Made by a program: the position numbers and the translations under genes
Notes under the pieces: model-generated
Told to the model about the DNA's origin: nothing
The model's input: only the letters and a program-made list of their open reading frames with translations
Database searches by the model: none
Shown here: in pieces, positions 54,084 through 64,000 of the stretch
Layout of the letters: each line of letters starts with the position of its first letter
Numbering within the stretch: position 1 is the stretch's first letter
NCBI GenBank assembly: GCA_035873375.1
Contig: JAYWMQ010000052.1
Location: forward strand, 44,331-108,330
Source: Nitrospirota bacterium
Lineage (GTDB): Bacteria; Nitrospirota; Thermodesulfovibrionia; Thermodesulfovibrionales; JdFR-85
Length of the DNA: 64,000 nt
Direction of reading: 5' to 3'

Positions 54084-54388
54084 ATCCGCAGATTACTCAG
54101 ATTTCGCTGATTTCAAGAAAAAAATAAAAAAACTGTAATACTTCAACATCTTAGACTGGATTACAGGATAATCAATAACTTCTCTTTCTTCTCTACGGCT
54201 TACGGATAAAAAACGAAACTACTTTTTTAGACAGGATTTACAGGATTTTCTTCTTTCTTTTAAAAAAACAAGAAAAAACTATCCTCTTCTTCATTTTTAT
54301 CCTGTTAATCCTGTTAATCCTGTCAGGCTTGATTCTATTCTTTTGTTTTTATCCTGTCAGATCTGCGCAATCTGTGTAATCTGCGGAT
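54084..54388. repeat. 305-bp composite palindromic element (GCAGAT-type outer arms, ACAGGAT/ATCCTGT inner words)
   Basis: Outer arms atccgcagattactcagatttcgctgat (54084..54111) and atctgcgcaatctgtgtaatctgcggat (54361..54388). Inner words ctggattacaggataat and gacaggatttacaggatttt face atcctgttaatcctgttaatcctgtcagg and tatcctgtcag. Confidence 0.75.
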
Positions 54389-54391
54389 TGT

Positions 54392-54868
54392 TTATGTCCT
54401 GGCCTCTCCGGCAATAGCCCTTATTACATCCTTTTTCCCGATTATCCCCACCAGCTTTCCTTCCTTTAGTACAGGGAGGAGATGTATCTTCTTCCCGGTC
54501 ATGATAGTGGCAATGTCATTAATAGTCGCATCTTCATCCACTGTTATAACCTCTCTTGTGCATATATCCCCAACGGTTGTGGCAGCCATCTTTTTTATCT
54601 CTCTCTCAACTGCTGCATCACTCTGAAGGGGGATAATGGCGTCGAATATTCTGATTATAGTGGGGATGTGAAAACGCTTCTCCTTACTGATCAGGTCATT
54701 CTCTGTAACAATACCATAGAGGTTCCCATTTTCATCAATTACTGGTGCACCTGAAATATTCTTCTCAATGAAGAGCCTGCCGAGCTCCTCCACAGAGGTA
54801 TCAGGCCTTACGGTTATAACCTTCCTGTTCATAATATCTCTTGCCCTCTTCACATCTTCTGTTTCCAT
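54392..54868 (-). CDS. CBS domain pair protein
   Basis: 158 aa. Two CBS motifs (IMNRKVITVRPDTSVEE...GIVTENDL and REVITVDEDATINDI...GIIGKKDV). Confidence 0.88.
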   Translation of the reverse strand: METEDVKRARDIMNRKVITVRPDTSVEELGRLFIEKNISGAPVIDENGNLYGIVTENDLISKEKRFHIPTIIRIFDAIIPLQSDAAVEREIKKMAATTVGDICTREVITVDEDATINDIATIMTGKKIHLLPVLKEGKLVGIIGKKDVIRAIAGEART

Positions 54869-54954
54869 TTATATCCTCCTTAGATTATCGCAAAACGTCT
54901 GTCGGTAACGTCAGAAAATACAAACTACGTAACCTCCAAACAAAACGGGCTTCG

Positions 54955-55650
54955 TCACCGGTTTACGTTTCCGTAATAGTCAATAGTCAATCCAATAAAC
55001 CCTCCCTGCCTCTTCCCTGTCCTTGAATACCTGTATGAGAAAAACCTCTCGGGAAGGCAGTACGTACACTCCCCTGACATCCAGAGATTCCCCTCAGGAA
55101 CCCCCATTGAAAGGGCCTGGAATCTGTTTGCAAACGCAAGATCCATATAACCCTTATTCCCTTTTCTCAGGATATAATCACCCTCTCCTGTGGCAGCTTC
55201 AACTGCAGAGAGGACACCTTCGCTAACTTCATAGCAGCATCCCCTGATAGACGGGCCAAAGGCAATTAATATATCATCAACCCTCGAAGAAAATCTATCC
55301 GCCATTACCTTGATGGTCTTTCCGAGTATCCCCTTAGCAGTCCCCCGCCAGCCGGCATGAACAACACCGGCAATCTCCTTTTCCCTGTCATACACAAGGA
55401 TGGGAACACAATCAGCCACTCTTACGCCTATGAGGATTCCTCTAACTGCCGTCACAACGGCATCAGCCGTCTCAGGACGACAAAACTCCTCAAGCACTAA
55501 CACGAGGTCCGTATGTTGCTGAACGGGCATATACAGGGCTTCCTCCGGAATACCGGATAAGTGAGATAAAAGGCCCGTCCCTATCCCTGCATTACGATCT
55601 GTAAAGAAAGCCGACAGTCCGGAGATTTTAAGGTTTTCAGGTATTATCAT
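54955..55650 (-). CDS. pgeF: YfiH/PgeF-family (laccase-domain) purine nucleoside/peptidoglycan-editing enzyme
   Basis: 231 aa. VVHAGWRGT, CCYEV and C..C...FFSYR motifs. The last ~10 codons (TIDYYGNVNR) are encoded by a GTCAAT-word repeat. Confidence 0.85.
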   Translation of the reverse strand: MIIPENLKISGLSAFFTDRNAGIGTGLLSHLSGIPEEALYMPVQQHTDLVLVLEEFCRPETADAVVTAVRGILIGVRVADCVPILVYDREKEIAGVVHAGWRGTAKGILGKTIKVMADRFSSRVDDILIAFGPSIRGCCYEVSEGVLSAVEAATGEGDYILRKGNKGYMDLAFANRFQALSMGVPEGNLWMSGECTYCLPERFFSYRYSRTGKRQGGFIGLTIDYYGNVNR

Positions 55651-55685
55651 CTCGGTTCATGGAGCAGCATCCTTACTATTTTATA

Positions 55686-57248
55686 CTATTTGTACGGTTG
55701 CAAATCAGATAAAAGCGATTGGAACCCCCTAAAAAGACCATTTATGAGGTCATTGGCTGTAAAGGCATACCCTGTTGTACCCTTTACAACAATATCACCT
55801 GTCAGTCCATGGAGATACACCCCTGTCAGCGCCGCTTCTGCGGGTTGCAGACCCTGCCCTGTAAATGAGGCTATGATACCTGTAAGGACATCTCCGGTTC
55901 CGGCAGTAGCCATTCCGGGATTCCCGGTTGTATTGATAAAGCACTGCCCTTCCGGGGTCGCTATCAGTGTGGGGACTCCTTTTAAGACAAGGCAGCACCC
56001 TGTATCGCGGGAAAATCTCATTGCCACCCCGATTAAATCATCCGCTATATCAGAGATGCTCATCCTGACAAGCCTGGACATCTCTCCTGCGTGGGGTGTA
56101 AGGACAGCGGGTGCACGCACTTTATTCAAAAACACTACAATATCTTTATACTCAAGTGTTGAGAGCGCATTCAGGCCATCGGCATCAACCACCATGGGCA
56201 CAGGTGAGTTGCTGATGGTCTCAAGGACAAACTCCACGGTCTCCCTATCCGTAGAGAGTCCGGGACCGATTGCAAGTACATCAGCCCTCTCATGCAGGAA
56301 ATCCAGCACAGTCCGGGCTGCTTCCCTGGATACAGTGCCTGACGCAGTCGAGGGCAATGGCAGGGTCATCTCCTCAAGCACGGAGGCCATCAGTGAATCC
56401 ACAATCCTTTCAGGGGTCCCGATGCTAACAAGTCCTGCCCCGCTTCTCAGTGCTGCCCTTGCAGAGAGGAGAGGCGCCCCTGTCTTTCCCACAGACCCGC
56501 CAATAACGAGCACATGTCCGTAATCACCTTTATGGGAGTTTTTCAACCTTTCAGGCAACAGCAATGCGACATGTTTCTTCTCAATCAGCTCCAGTGGAAT
56601 GGATTCAGAGTTCAGGAGTGCCGGAGGAAACCCGATATCCTCAACAAAGAGTCTCCCTGTATATTCCGCCCCTGGATAGATGACATGTCCCACCTTTGGA
56701 AGACCGAAAGTAACGGTAAAAGCCGCCCTTACGGCAGTCCCCATGATTTTTCCGGTATCAGAGGATACACCCGTGGCAATATCAACGGCCACCACATCGG
56801 CCTGTGCCCTGTTAACCCTGTCAGCGAGAATGGATATCTCCCCCCTGAGGGGTTTGTTCAATCCTGTCCCTAATATTGCATCAATCACAAGTGAGTCACG
56901 GAGGTCTTTTGAGTCTGGAAGTTTTTCCGTAAAAATCCTGACTCCCATCTTTTTGGCCGTCTCATACTGCCTGAGACAATCAGGGGAAAGTTTCTCCGGG
57001 GATGAAATCAGGAAGACCCTGACATCCCATCCCTCATTATGAAGGAGCCGTGCCACTACAAGACCATCCCCACCATTATTGCCGCCTCCGGCAAGGACGA
57101 GAACCCTCACTGACCTGTCAAAGAACTGCTTGATCCTGTTTACAACAGACAGCCCTGCCCTCTCCATCAAAACAGCAGACGCAATACCATAGTCCTCAAT
57201 AGTCTGCCTGTCAATCTCCCTCATCTGTTGAGCATCAACAACCTTCAT
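55686..57248 (-). CDS. nnr: bifunctional NAD(P)H-hydrate epimerase / ADP-dependent dehydratase
   Basis: 520 aa. N-terminal YjeF_N (GGGNNGGDG) and a C-terminal carbohydrate-kinase-like domain (GKTGAPLLSARAALRSGAG, GTGDVLTG). Confidence 0.92.
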   Translation of the reverse strand: MKVVDAQQMREIDRQTIEDYGIASAVLMERAGLSVVNRIKQFFDRSVRVLVLAGGGNNGGDGLVVARLLHNEGWDVRVFLISSPEKLSPDCLRQYETAKKMGVRIFTEKLPDSKDLRDSLVIDAILGTGLNKPLRGEISILADRVNRAQADVVAVDIATGVSSDTGKIMGTAVRAAFTVTFGLPKVGHVIYPGAEYTGRLFVEDIGFPPALLNSESIPLELIEKKHVALLLPERLKNSHKGDYGHVLVIGGSVGKTGAPLLSARAALRSGAGLVSIGTPERIVDSLMASVLEEMTLPLPSTASGTVSREAARTVLDFLHERADVLAIGPGLSTDRETVEFVLETISNSPVPMVVDADGLNALSTLEYKDIVVFLNKVRAPAVLTPHAGEMSRLVRMSISDIADDLIGVAMRFSRDTGCCLVLKGVPTLIATPEGQCFINTTGNPGMATAGTGDVLTGIIASFTGQGLQPAEAALTGVYLHGLTGDIVVKGTTGYAFTANDLINGLFRGFQSLLSDLQPYK

Positions 57249-57398
57249 ACAACACCTGATCTCCTTTTTTAACCACGTTTATATAACTCAAAATACACAC
57301 TTTGTCGAAACATGTAAGTAATAGCTACTACCCAGGATTACATAAAGAAAACCTGTCAACTCTTGGAAAAGGACACGGACATAGCGTTTGAACGGTTT

Positions 57399-57483
57399 TA
57401 ATTATCACTTTTGCCTCACCCGGATGATGAGGCGTGATAATTACCTCGGAGTCCCGGCTGGACGCCGGGACGAGAATGAGTGA
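57399..57483. repeat. two adjacent hairpins; the second belongs to a short dispersed hairpin family
   Basis: Hairpin 1: taattatcac..gcctca / tgaggc gtgataatta (57399..57443). Hairpin 2: ctcggagtcccggc tgga cgccgggacgag plus aatgagtga (57446..57483). Hairpin 2 is the reverse complement of tcactcattctcgtccc..ggg.ctccgagg seen at 38084..38122. Confidence 0.7.
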
Positions 57484-57534
57484 AAACGCTGTGTTCGTAT
57501 CCTTTTCCATATCCTTGTTAACAGGACATTATCT

Positions 57535-57918
57535 TCACAAATCACTCACCTCTATAACCACAGATGCAATACTGCACCCCCTGTCATGACTGAGACTGAG
57601 ATGAATCCTTCCATTACGAAACAGTTCGGCAAACAGTACACCGGCATTACCATAAAGCCTGATCTCAGGCTGACCCGAGCCTCTGTTTATCACACCTATC
57701 TCTTTAAGAGGAATGGGCACACTGGATTTCAGTGCCTTTATAAATGCCTCTTTTGCTGCAAAACGGGCTGCATAGGAATTATAGGGGTTTGCCTTTCCTG
57801 AACAGTAAGTAATCTCCTCAGGCGTAAAAACCCGTTCAACAAACCTCTCTCCCCATCTCCTGATAGCCTGCTCAAGCCTCTGCACATCCACTATATCAAT
57901 GCCTGTTCCGTGTATCAT
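57535..57918 (-). CDS. acpS: holo-[acyl-carrier-protein] synthase
   Basis: 127 aa. MIHGTGIDIVDVQRL N-terminus, with FAAKEAFIKAL and a SLSHD-type motif. Confidence 0.93.
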   Translation of the reverse strand: MIHGTGIDIVDVQRLEQAIRRWGERFVERVFTPEEITYCSGKANPYNSYAARFAAKEAFIKALKSSVPIPLKEIGVINRGSGQPEIRLYGNAGVLFAELFRNGRIHLSLSHDRGCSIASVVIEVSDL

Positions 57919-57929
57919 TTGATTATTGA

Positions 57930-58643
57930 CTACTGTCGATCCACAATCGCCTTCATCTCCCTTACAGCCCTCTCCATCCCAACAAGGACTGCCCTTGATA
58001 TAATGCTGTGCCCTATATAAAGTCCCCTGAGACCTTCAATGGATGCAACCGGCCTGATGTTGTAATATGTAAGGCCGTGCCCTGCATTTGCATAAAGACC
58101 ATTAAGCCGTGCCCTCTCGATTGAAGCTATTACCTTCTTCAACTCTTCACGCTGCTCCTCACCCCTCGAGTTTGCATAATGCCCTGTATGGACCTCAACC
58201 ATGGCAGCCCCTATCTCCTTTGCAACATCCACATCAACTATGGAAGGGGCTATGAAAAAACTCACGGGGATATCTTCTTTTCCTAAACGTTGAACAGCAT
58301 CACGAAGCTTATTCCCCGGTACATGCAGGTCAAGACCTCCCTCGGTTGTCAGTTCCTCGCGTTTTTCAGGCACGATAGTGACAAGGTCAGGTTTGATCTG
58401 TATCGCAGTCTCTATCATCTCATCTGTGGCAGCCATCTCAAGGTTCAACTCCACAGGCACCATATCCCTGAGCAGCCTCAGATCCCTGTCCTGAATATGC
58501 CTGCGGTCCTCCCTGAGGTGAACGGTTATTCCATCAGCTCCACCCAGTATGGCAAGTGTGGCAGCCATAACAGGGTCCGGCTCAAAGGTCCTGCGGGCCT
58601 GTCTCAATGTAGCAATATGGTCAACATTAACTCCAAGAATCAT
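57930..58643 (-). CDS. pdxJ: pyridoxine 5'-phosphate synthase
   Basis: [16 protein letters not shown] signature. The track start at 58667 is TTG. The ATG at 58643 follows GGAGG by 8 nt and matches the usual PdxJ N-terminus. Confidence 0.93.
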   Translation of the reverse strand: MILGVNVDHIATLRQARRTFEPDPVMAATLAILGGADGITVHLREDRRHIQDRDLRLLRDMVPVELNLEMAATDEMIETAIQIKPDLVTIVPEKREELTTEGGLDLHVPGNKLRDAVQRLGKEDIPVSFFIAPSIVDVDVAKEIGAAMVEVHTGHYANSRGEEQREELKKVIASIERARLNGLYANAGHGLTYYNIRPVASIEGLRGLYIGHSIISRAVLVGMERAVREMKAIVDRQ

Positions 58644-58671
58644 CTTAAAAACCTCCTCAATCTCCAAATCT

Positions 58672-60396
58672 CTACTCCCTCAATCTCATGAGCGTACCGG
58701 CTTTCCGGGCACCATACCTGAAGACCGTTACCCCCTTGCATCCCTTCTCATATGCCAGCAGAAAAGCCTTCTCCACATCCACCCTCTTTGCGCTCTTTGG
58801 AAGATTAACCGTCTTTGAGACCGCATTATCAGTATACTCCTGAAAGGCTGCCTGCATCTCTATATGGTCTTTCGGCGGGATCTCGTGCGCGGTCTTAAAC
58901 AGCCTCTTTATCTTAGCCGGCACCTCCTTTATTCCCCTCAGCCTGCCCTTCATCAGCACCTTCTTCTCAAGCTCCCGAGAATAGAAACCGAGCTTCCCGG
59001 CAAGAGCAAAAAAGTACTTGTTGACTTCTATCAACTCTGTATCGAGGATGAGCCTCCTGTAGGCAAGGGCAAAGATGGGTTCTATACCGCCTGAGCAGTC
59101 TGCAATTATGGAGATAGTGCCTGTGGGTGCAATTGTTGTGGTCGTTGCATTCCTCACCTTTGGCATATCAGGGGCATCATAAATCGACCCCTTAAAGTTA
59201 GGGAAAACACCCCGCTTCCCTGCAAGCTCAGCCGAAGCCTCCTTTGACCTTGTCTGTATAAATCTCATCACCTCTCTGGCAAGCCTGAAGCCCTGCTCTG
59301 AATTATACTGGATACCAAGGAGTATGAGCATGTCCGCCCAGCCCATCACTCCAAGACCTATCTTCCTGTTACCCTTGTGCATCCTTTCAATCTCGGGCAG
59401 TGGATACCTGTTAGTATCGATGCAGTCGTCAAGAAACCTGACAGCAACCCTTATATCCTCTCCTAGACTTTCATAATCAATGACAGGGGTACCTTCAGGG
59501 TTATCAACTATTGAATTACGCACATATTTTGAGAGGTTCATTGAGCCGAGCACACAGGCCTCATATGGCAGAAGCGGCTGCTCACCGCAAGGGTTGGTAC
59601 TCTCTATCTCACCAAGGTGGGGGGTGGGATTGAATCTATTTATCCGGTCTATAAAGACAAGCCCCGGATCCCCTGTCTCATGGGCACTCCTGACAATAGC
59701 ATCAAAGACCTTACGGGCACGGAGCCTGCCAACCGGCCTGCCTGTTCTTGGATTAACAAGTTCATACTCCGTGTCTTTTTTGAGCGCCGCCATAAAGGCA
59801 TCGGTAACGGCCACGGATATATTGAAATTAGTCAGTTCCCCCTGGCTCCTCTTGGCCTCTATAAAATCGAGTATGTCAGGGTGATCAATCCTCAAGATAC
59901 CCATATTGGCGCCCCTCCTGGCACCACCCTGTTTTATCACCTCAGTGGCGGTGTTATATATCTTCATGAAGGAGACCGGGCCGCTGGCAATCCCTCCGGT
60001 AGTCCTGACGATATCAGACCTGGGCCTGAGTCTGGAGAAGGAGAAACCTGTTCCACCCCCGCTTTGAAGGATGAGGGCAGTGTTTTTCAGTGTATCAAAG
60101 ATACTCTTCATCGAGTCATCAACCGGTAGGACAAAACAGGCAGCAAGCTGTCCAATCTCCTTACCGGCATTCATCAGAGTCGGTGAGTTTGGCAGGAATT
60201 TTAGATCACTCATCAAGGTGAAGAACCTCTCTTCCCAAGCCCGGGGCTCCTCTCCGTAAAAATCTTCTGCACGTGCTACATGGGAGGCAACACGGCGGAA
60301 CATTCCTTCCGGCGACTCTATGATCTCTCCCTTTTCGTTCTTAAGCAGATATCGGGCCCGCAGCACACGGAGCGCATTCTCGGTAAGGTTAAGCAT
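58672..60396 (-). CDS. nrdJ: adenosylcobalamin-dependent (class II) ribonucleotide reductase
   Basis: 574 aa. N-terminus [34 protein letters not shown], with the [14 protein letters not shown] active-site loop and the TIAPTGTIS motif. Confidence 0.92.
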   Translation of the reverse strand: MLNLTENALRVLRARYLLKNEKGEIIESPEGMFRRVASHVARAEDFYGEEPRAWEERFFTLMSDLKFLPNSPTLMNAGKEIGQLAACFVLPVDDSMKSIFDTLKNTALILQSGGGTGFSFSRLRPRSDIVRTTGGIASGPVSFMKIYNTATEVIKQGGARRGANMGILRIDHPDILDFIEAKRSQGELTNFNISVAVTDAFMAALKKDTEYELVNPRTGRPVGRLRARKVFDAIVRSAHETGDPGLVFIDRINRFNPTPHLGEIESTNPCGEQPLLPYEACVLGSMNLSKYVRNSIVDNPEGTPVIDYESLGEDIRVAVRFLDDCIDTNRYPLPEIERMHKGNRKIGLGVMGWADMLILLGIQYNSEQGFRLAREVMRFIQTRSKEASAELAGKRGVFPNFKGSIYDAPDMPKVRNATTTTIAPTGTISIIADCSGGIEPIFALAYRRLILDTELIEVNKYFFALAGKLGFYSRELEKKVLMKGRLRGIKEVPAKIKRLFKTAHEIPPKDHIEMQAAFQEYTDNAVSKTVNLPKSAKRVDVEKAFLLAYEKGCKGVTVFRYGARKAGTLMRLRE

Positions 60397-60496
60397 GGGA
60401 TAAATTATAGCAGAAAAAGGAGAAAAACTTAAGTTTAAGCCGCGGATCGAATTGCACCGAAAAACAGAGCTGAATCTGTGGCTAAATTAAAAATCC

Positions 60497-61210
60497 CTAT
60501 TCTTTGATTTCTTTGATATCCTGAGGAAGGGTTAATTTTACAACATGGCCCCTCTTTCCGGGAGCCCCTATTTCCTTGCCATCAAAAGTCAGCCTTATGC
60601 CGCCTGCATTGCCTACCTTGAGAAAGAACTGCCGGTCTCCTGTCCATATCCTCTTCTGGCCCGGTTCCAGGATCATCGAGTAACTCAGATTATCGTCAAT
60701 CTTAAGGTATATCCATGTATCTTCTACAGCCGTGATCTCAAGGACATGCTCATTTGTGTAATCAGCCTCTGCAGGGGCAACAGGATTTGGTATCATGGTC
60801 ACAACCCTGTCTATTCTACTCTCTTTTTTTACTTTCCCATTTAAATCCTCAGGGCTTTTATTATGAGGATACAGCATAATCAACGGGACAACAATTAACA
60901 GAACGACTAACGGATATAGAAAAACCTGCGGGGGCAACTTTTTTTTGCGCGGGGGTGGTAAAGGCTCCTGAGCTGCTAAGTTCGCCTTCATTTGTTCTTC
61001 ATAAAGCCTGATGGCCTCTGAGGGCTCAATTGAAATGGCCTTCAGAAACTCTTTTATATATCCCTTAACAAAGAACTCACCCGGTATCTTCCCGAACTCC
61101 TCGTTTTCAAGCGCCTTCAGATACTCACAGCGTATTCTTGTTATCAAGGATATCTCTTTCAGGGTATGATTAGCTTCTTCACGGTGTTTTTTGAGATACT
61201 CTCCTAACAA
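60497..61210 (-). CDS. rodZ: RodZ-like cytoskeleton protein (HTH + TM + DUF4115)
   Basis: 237 aa. N-terminal HTH (LKEISLITRIRCEYLKALENEEFGKIPGEFFVKGYIKEF), a Pro/Lys linker, one TM helix and a C-terminal beta domain. TTG start 4 nt after GGTGGAG. Confidence 0.82.
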   Translation of the reverse strand: MLGEYLKKHREEANHTLKEISLITRIRCEYLKALENEEFGKIPGEFFVKGYIKEFLKAISIEPSEAIRLYEEQMKANLAAQEPLPPPRKKKLPPQVFLYPLVVLLIVVPLIMLYPHNKSPEDLNGKVKKESRIDRVVTMIPNPVAPAEADYTNEHVLEITAVEDTWIYLKIDDNLSYSMILEPGQKRIWTGDRQFFLKVGNAGGIRLTFDGKEIGAPGKRGHVVKLTLPQDIKEIKE

Positions 61211-61358
61211 AACTCCACCTTGATTACAGGGATCTTTTATGACTTACTTAAAGTATATATAAACTTCTGGGAAAAATCAAGGATTTTTTTATTAATTTTC
61301 GGGAGGTTAACAAAAATTAATAAAAGGTGGGTCAAAAATGCTGCTCCGGCTACACGGT

Positions 61359-61388
61359 CAAGATAGAGGAGTACACTCCTCTATCTTG
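61359..61388. other. isolated perfect 12-bp hairpin in the long AT-rich rodZ / sensor-gene intergenic region
   Basis: caagatagagga (61359..61370), loop gtacac, tcctctatcttg (61377..61388). No flanking T-run. Confidence 0.5.
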
Positions 61389-61785
61389 ATTTAAACTCCG
61401 CCCCCTAAAACTTTTTCTGTAGAATATCAGATAGGATTAATACATAATAATGTTACTCTTTATGAGAATAACAAAGAAAAAAACTTTTGTCTACACCTAA
61501 TCGTTAAAAAATGGTTCGATTTTGTAAAAACATCTTGTTTGATATAAAAAAGAGCAGGTTCAACCTTTTTGTTTATGTAAAGATTTCCAACACTATATCC
61601 ATTCTGAACTTTCTCACAGATCAAAACCCTTTGAAAAGCTTAACAAAAACTCTAATCCTGGATGTCGGCACAGATATTGCAAACTAATACGTGTACAGTC
61701 ATGAATAAAAAACATCCATGATGACAAGCCGGAACAAAGTGAAGTGAAAATCTATAATCCATCTTCAGTAACGGGGAGGTTGAGG

Positions 61786-64000
61786 ATGAAACAAACACAA
61801 ACCGCTGACCCAGAAAAACCGGACTCCCTAATTATGGCTAAAATGGTTTATAATAATCATCTGATGGAAAATCCGGAGCTTTTTGAAAAAAAGTTCTCAA
61901 TCCTTCAGGAAATATCCAGCGCTATAGTCATCACAGACGACATCACTGCTATAGCAAACCTCATGCTTGACCTTGCAATCAACTACACAAACGCCGAAAA
62001 AGGCTCCCTGATGTTAACAAACGACCGGGGGGAACTGTATATCCTTGCCGCAAGGGGTATAGATATTCAACTCATCAAGACTTACAGAATAAAGATAGGA
62101 GAAGGAATAGCAGGTACTGTGGCAAAGACCCTCATTCCCGTACTTGTTGAAGATATAGAGAACGATACAAGGTTTAATGAAAAGAAGAGGGACCGTTATA
62201 AAACACTGTCTTTTATTTCATGTCCAATCGTAAGCAAAAACAAGCTGCATGGTGTCCTCAACATAAACGACAAAAGGGACGGGACACCTTTTACAGAAGA
62301 CGAGTTCGACCTTATCACAATTATTGCGAACCAGGCAGCCATTGCCCTTGAAAATGCCTTCCTGATGAAGCAACTGAAGTTAAAGGCTACTGAACTTGAG
62401 AATATTAACAGGAAGCTTATAGAGACGGATGTAGCAAAGACTGAATTCATTGCCAATATCTCCCATGAACTGCGCACACCCCTTAATTCAATCAAGGGAG
62501 CCATATACTATCTACAGCAATCCGTAAAAATGGCAGAGGACGAACAAAAGGAGTTTCATAATATTATTTCAAATGAGACCGGCAAGCTTATCTCCATTGT
62601 TGAAAACCTGCTTGATTTTCTCAGACTTGAAGACGAGGTGCGGGTAGTAAAAAAAAGTATTATAAATCTTGCAGACATCCTGGATGAGATATTAAACTCA
62701 AAGTCTCTGAAGGTTATACTCGCACGAAAAAATCTGCAACTGAAGATAGACATAAAAGATGGCATATCGGACATTGTTGGAGACAAGATACGGGTTGTCC
62801 AATTCTTCATTAATCTGATAGAAGGATTAAGTTACTACCTTGAAAGGGGTGAGTCCATAAGAATTACGGCAGAGGAGGATGATTTTGTAAGGGTAAAAAT
62901 GACCCTTTCCAGGAGGCTGCCACAGGCAATACTGCCTTATCTCATTAACTCAAGGCACCTCTTCCATATGGACCAGCCTGAAGAAAAGTTAAAGCTTTAC
63001 CTTGCAAAAAGGGTCGCTGAGTTTCATAAATGGAACCTTGCAGCAGAAAATACCGAGGATGCTTTCCTTGTATCCATTACCATTCCCAAGAGTAAAAGAG
63101 AACATGTTGAGGCTGTTGTTGATACCACTATGGAGTTGTTTATAGAGTTTATATCAGAGTTGTTAGGCCTTAATACATGTTCAATAATGCTTAGCAATGA
63201 ATTAACGGGTGAACTCAGGATAAAGAGCGCAAGGGGACTGGATGAGGACGTTATAAAGCGGACAAGGATAAAGCTCGGAGACAGGGTTGCCGGCTGGGTC
63301 GCCCTCGAAGGAAAACCACTATTAATTGAGGACATAGAAAGCGACCCACGCTTTGAAAAAAGGAACATTCTGCAGTATAATACAAAATCCCTCCTCTCTC
63401 TACCTCTAAAGACAGATAATAAAGTAATAGGGGTGTTAAACCTTAACAATAAGAAAACAGCGGAACCCTTCACAAAACAGGACCTTTACATTGCGTCGTT
63501 ATTGTGCGAAAGGATAACCCACTTCATTGAAAGACTCTACAGCAACGATTACAATGAGGATGACTTTAAGCAATTCATCAGCTCATTCGACAGTCTTATA
63601 AATGCTGAGAAGAGGTACCACAAGAAGAACAGCTTCATTCAGGAACTGATGTCCAGGATAATGTATAAACTGGGGGTAAGCGAGGAAGACAGGAGGGCAG
63701 CGATATACATATCCATGATATACGACCTCGGTCTTATGCTTATTGATGACAGCATACTGAAAAAGAAAGAACTTTCACCATTAGAGCATCGCATACTAAA
63801 AGTCCACTCTTATACCACAGTGGGCCTGCTCAATAGTTTCGAATTCTCCGAGTATGTTAAGGCGGCAATCCTGCACCATCATGAGAGATACGACGGCAGC
63901 GGATATCCGGATGGATTAAAAGGCGATGACATACCCTTAATCTCAAGGAGCCTTTCCGTAGTGGACGCCTTCTGTGCAATGATCACAGAGAGGCCATATA
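61786..64000 (+). CDS. multidomain signalling protein GAF - HisKA - degenerate HATPase-like - GAF - HD-GYP (3'-truncated by the window edge)
   Basis: Not in the supplied track because no stop falls inside the window. I translated the frame by hand from the ATG at 61786 (after GGGGAGG) to 64000 with no stop. GAF1: GSLMLTNDRGELYILAARG...GEGIAGTVA. H-box: FIANISHELRTPLNSIKG. GAF2: CSIMLSNELTGELRIKSARG...GDRVAGWVALEGKPLLIEDI. HD-GYP: HHHERYDGSGYPDGLKGDDIPLISR. Confidence 0.85.
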   Translation, partial: MKQTQTADPEKPDSLIMAKMVYNNHLMENPELFEKKFSILQEISSAIVITDDITAIANLMLDLAINYTNAEKGSLMLTNDRGELYILAARGIDIQLIKTYRIKIGEGIAGTVAKTLIPVLVEDIENDTRFNEKKRDRYKTLSFISCPIVSKNKLHGVLNINDKRDGTPFTEDEFDLITIIANQAAIALENAFLMKQLKLKATELENINRKLIETDVAKTEFIANISHELRTPLNSIKGAIYYLQQSVKMAEDEQKEFHNIISNETGKLISIVENLLDFLRLEDEVRVVKKSIINLADILDEILNSKSLKVILARKNLQLKIDIKDGISDIVGDKIRVVQFFINLIEGLSYYLERGESIRITAEEDDFVRVKMTLSRRLPQAILPYLINSRHLFHMDQPEEKLKLYLAKRVAEFHKWNLAAENTEDAFLVSITIPKSKREHVEAVVDTTMELFIEFISELLGLNTCSIMLSNELTGELRIKSARGLDEDVIKRTRIKLGDRVAGWVALEGKPLLIEDIESDPRFEKRNILQYNTKSLLSLPLKTDNKVIGVLNLNNKKTAEPFTKQDLYIASLLCERITHFIERLYSNDYNEDDFKQFISSFDSLINAEKRYHKKNSFIQELMSRIMYKLGVSEEDRRAAIYISMIYDLGLMLIDDSILKKKELSPLEHRILKVHSYTTVGLLNSFEFSEYVKAAILHHHERYDGSGYPDGLKGDDIPLISRSLSVVDAFCAMITERPY

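Noticed and set aside
57328-57510. 60-aa ORF between nnr and acpS
   Set aside because: Its sequence (..SLILVPASSRDSEVIITPHHPGEAKVIIK..) is simply the translation of two intergenic hairpin repeats. The same repeat occurs non-coding at 38084..38122.
61505-61530. tRNA-like GGTTCGATT T-loop string
   Set aside because: The surrounding sequence is AT-rich, with no acceptor, D or anticodon stems that can be drawn. This is a chance match.

Overview
The window looks like core chromosome from an anaerobic bacterium that uses the Wood-Ljungdahl pathway. Gene content would fit a Nitrospirota or Thermodesulfovibrionia-like genome, but I cannot verify taxonomy from the sequence alone.

Layout:
- **~21130 down to 4017, minus strand:** one long co-directional block. 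It runs lipoprotein M1-peptidase/ChaN/PDZ fusion, cooC, acsE, acsD, acsC, acsB, cooS/acsA, then a NuoE/NuoF/NuoF-fragment/NuoG-like flavin/FeS module. A strong intrinsic terminator closes it at 3945..3982.
- **21292..22998:** ruvB and ruvA, bracketed by two copies of a ~90-bp palindromic repeat. ruvB appears to start at a non-canonical CTG.
- **23224..35041 (most unusual region):** four large paralogous secreted proteins, all on the minus strand. One is an M6 (InhA-like) metalloprotease. Three carry extracytoplasmic rhodanese domains.
  - All four end in the same C-terminal module.
  - The module is an FN3-like beta-sandwich that appears to be split by an inserted membrane hairpin: TM helix, RRRK, then a second helix ending in a lipobox-like LVSCG.
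  - I could not match this module to any named sorting signal from memory.
- **35565..61210:** housekeeping genes (Nudix, proS, DUF4416-like, tlpA-like, clpC, guaB, guaA, ispA, dxs, tlyA, a PLP decarboxylase, speE, udg, nadK, tsaE, CBS, pgeF, nnr, acpS, pdxJ, nrdJ, rodZ).
- **61786..64000:** a multidomain GAF-HisKA-GAF-HD-GYP signalling protein that runs off the window edge. It is absent from the supplied ORF track.

Nearly every intergenic spacer carries short palindromic or tandem elements built from a few reiterated words (GCAGAT/ATCTGC, CACAGAG, GTCAAT, TTGCGAG, ACAGGAT). I saw no rRNA, tRNA, CRISPR array, transposase or phage genes.

All family calls are by-eye motif recognition. No HMM or BLAST search was run.
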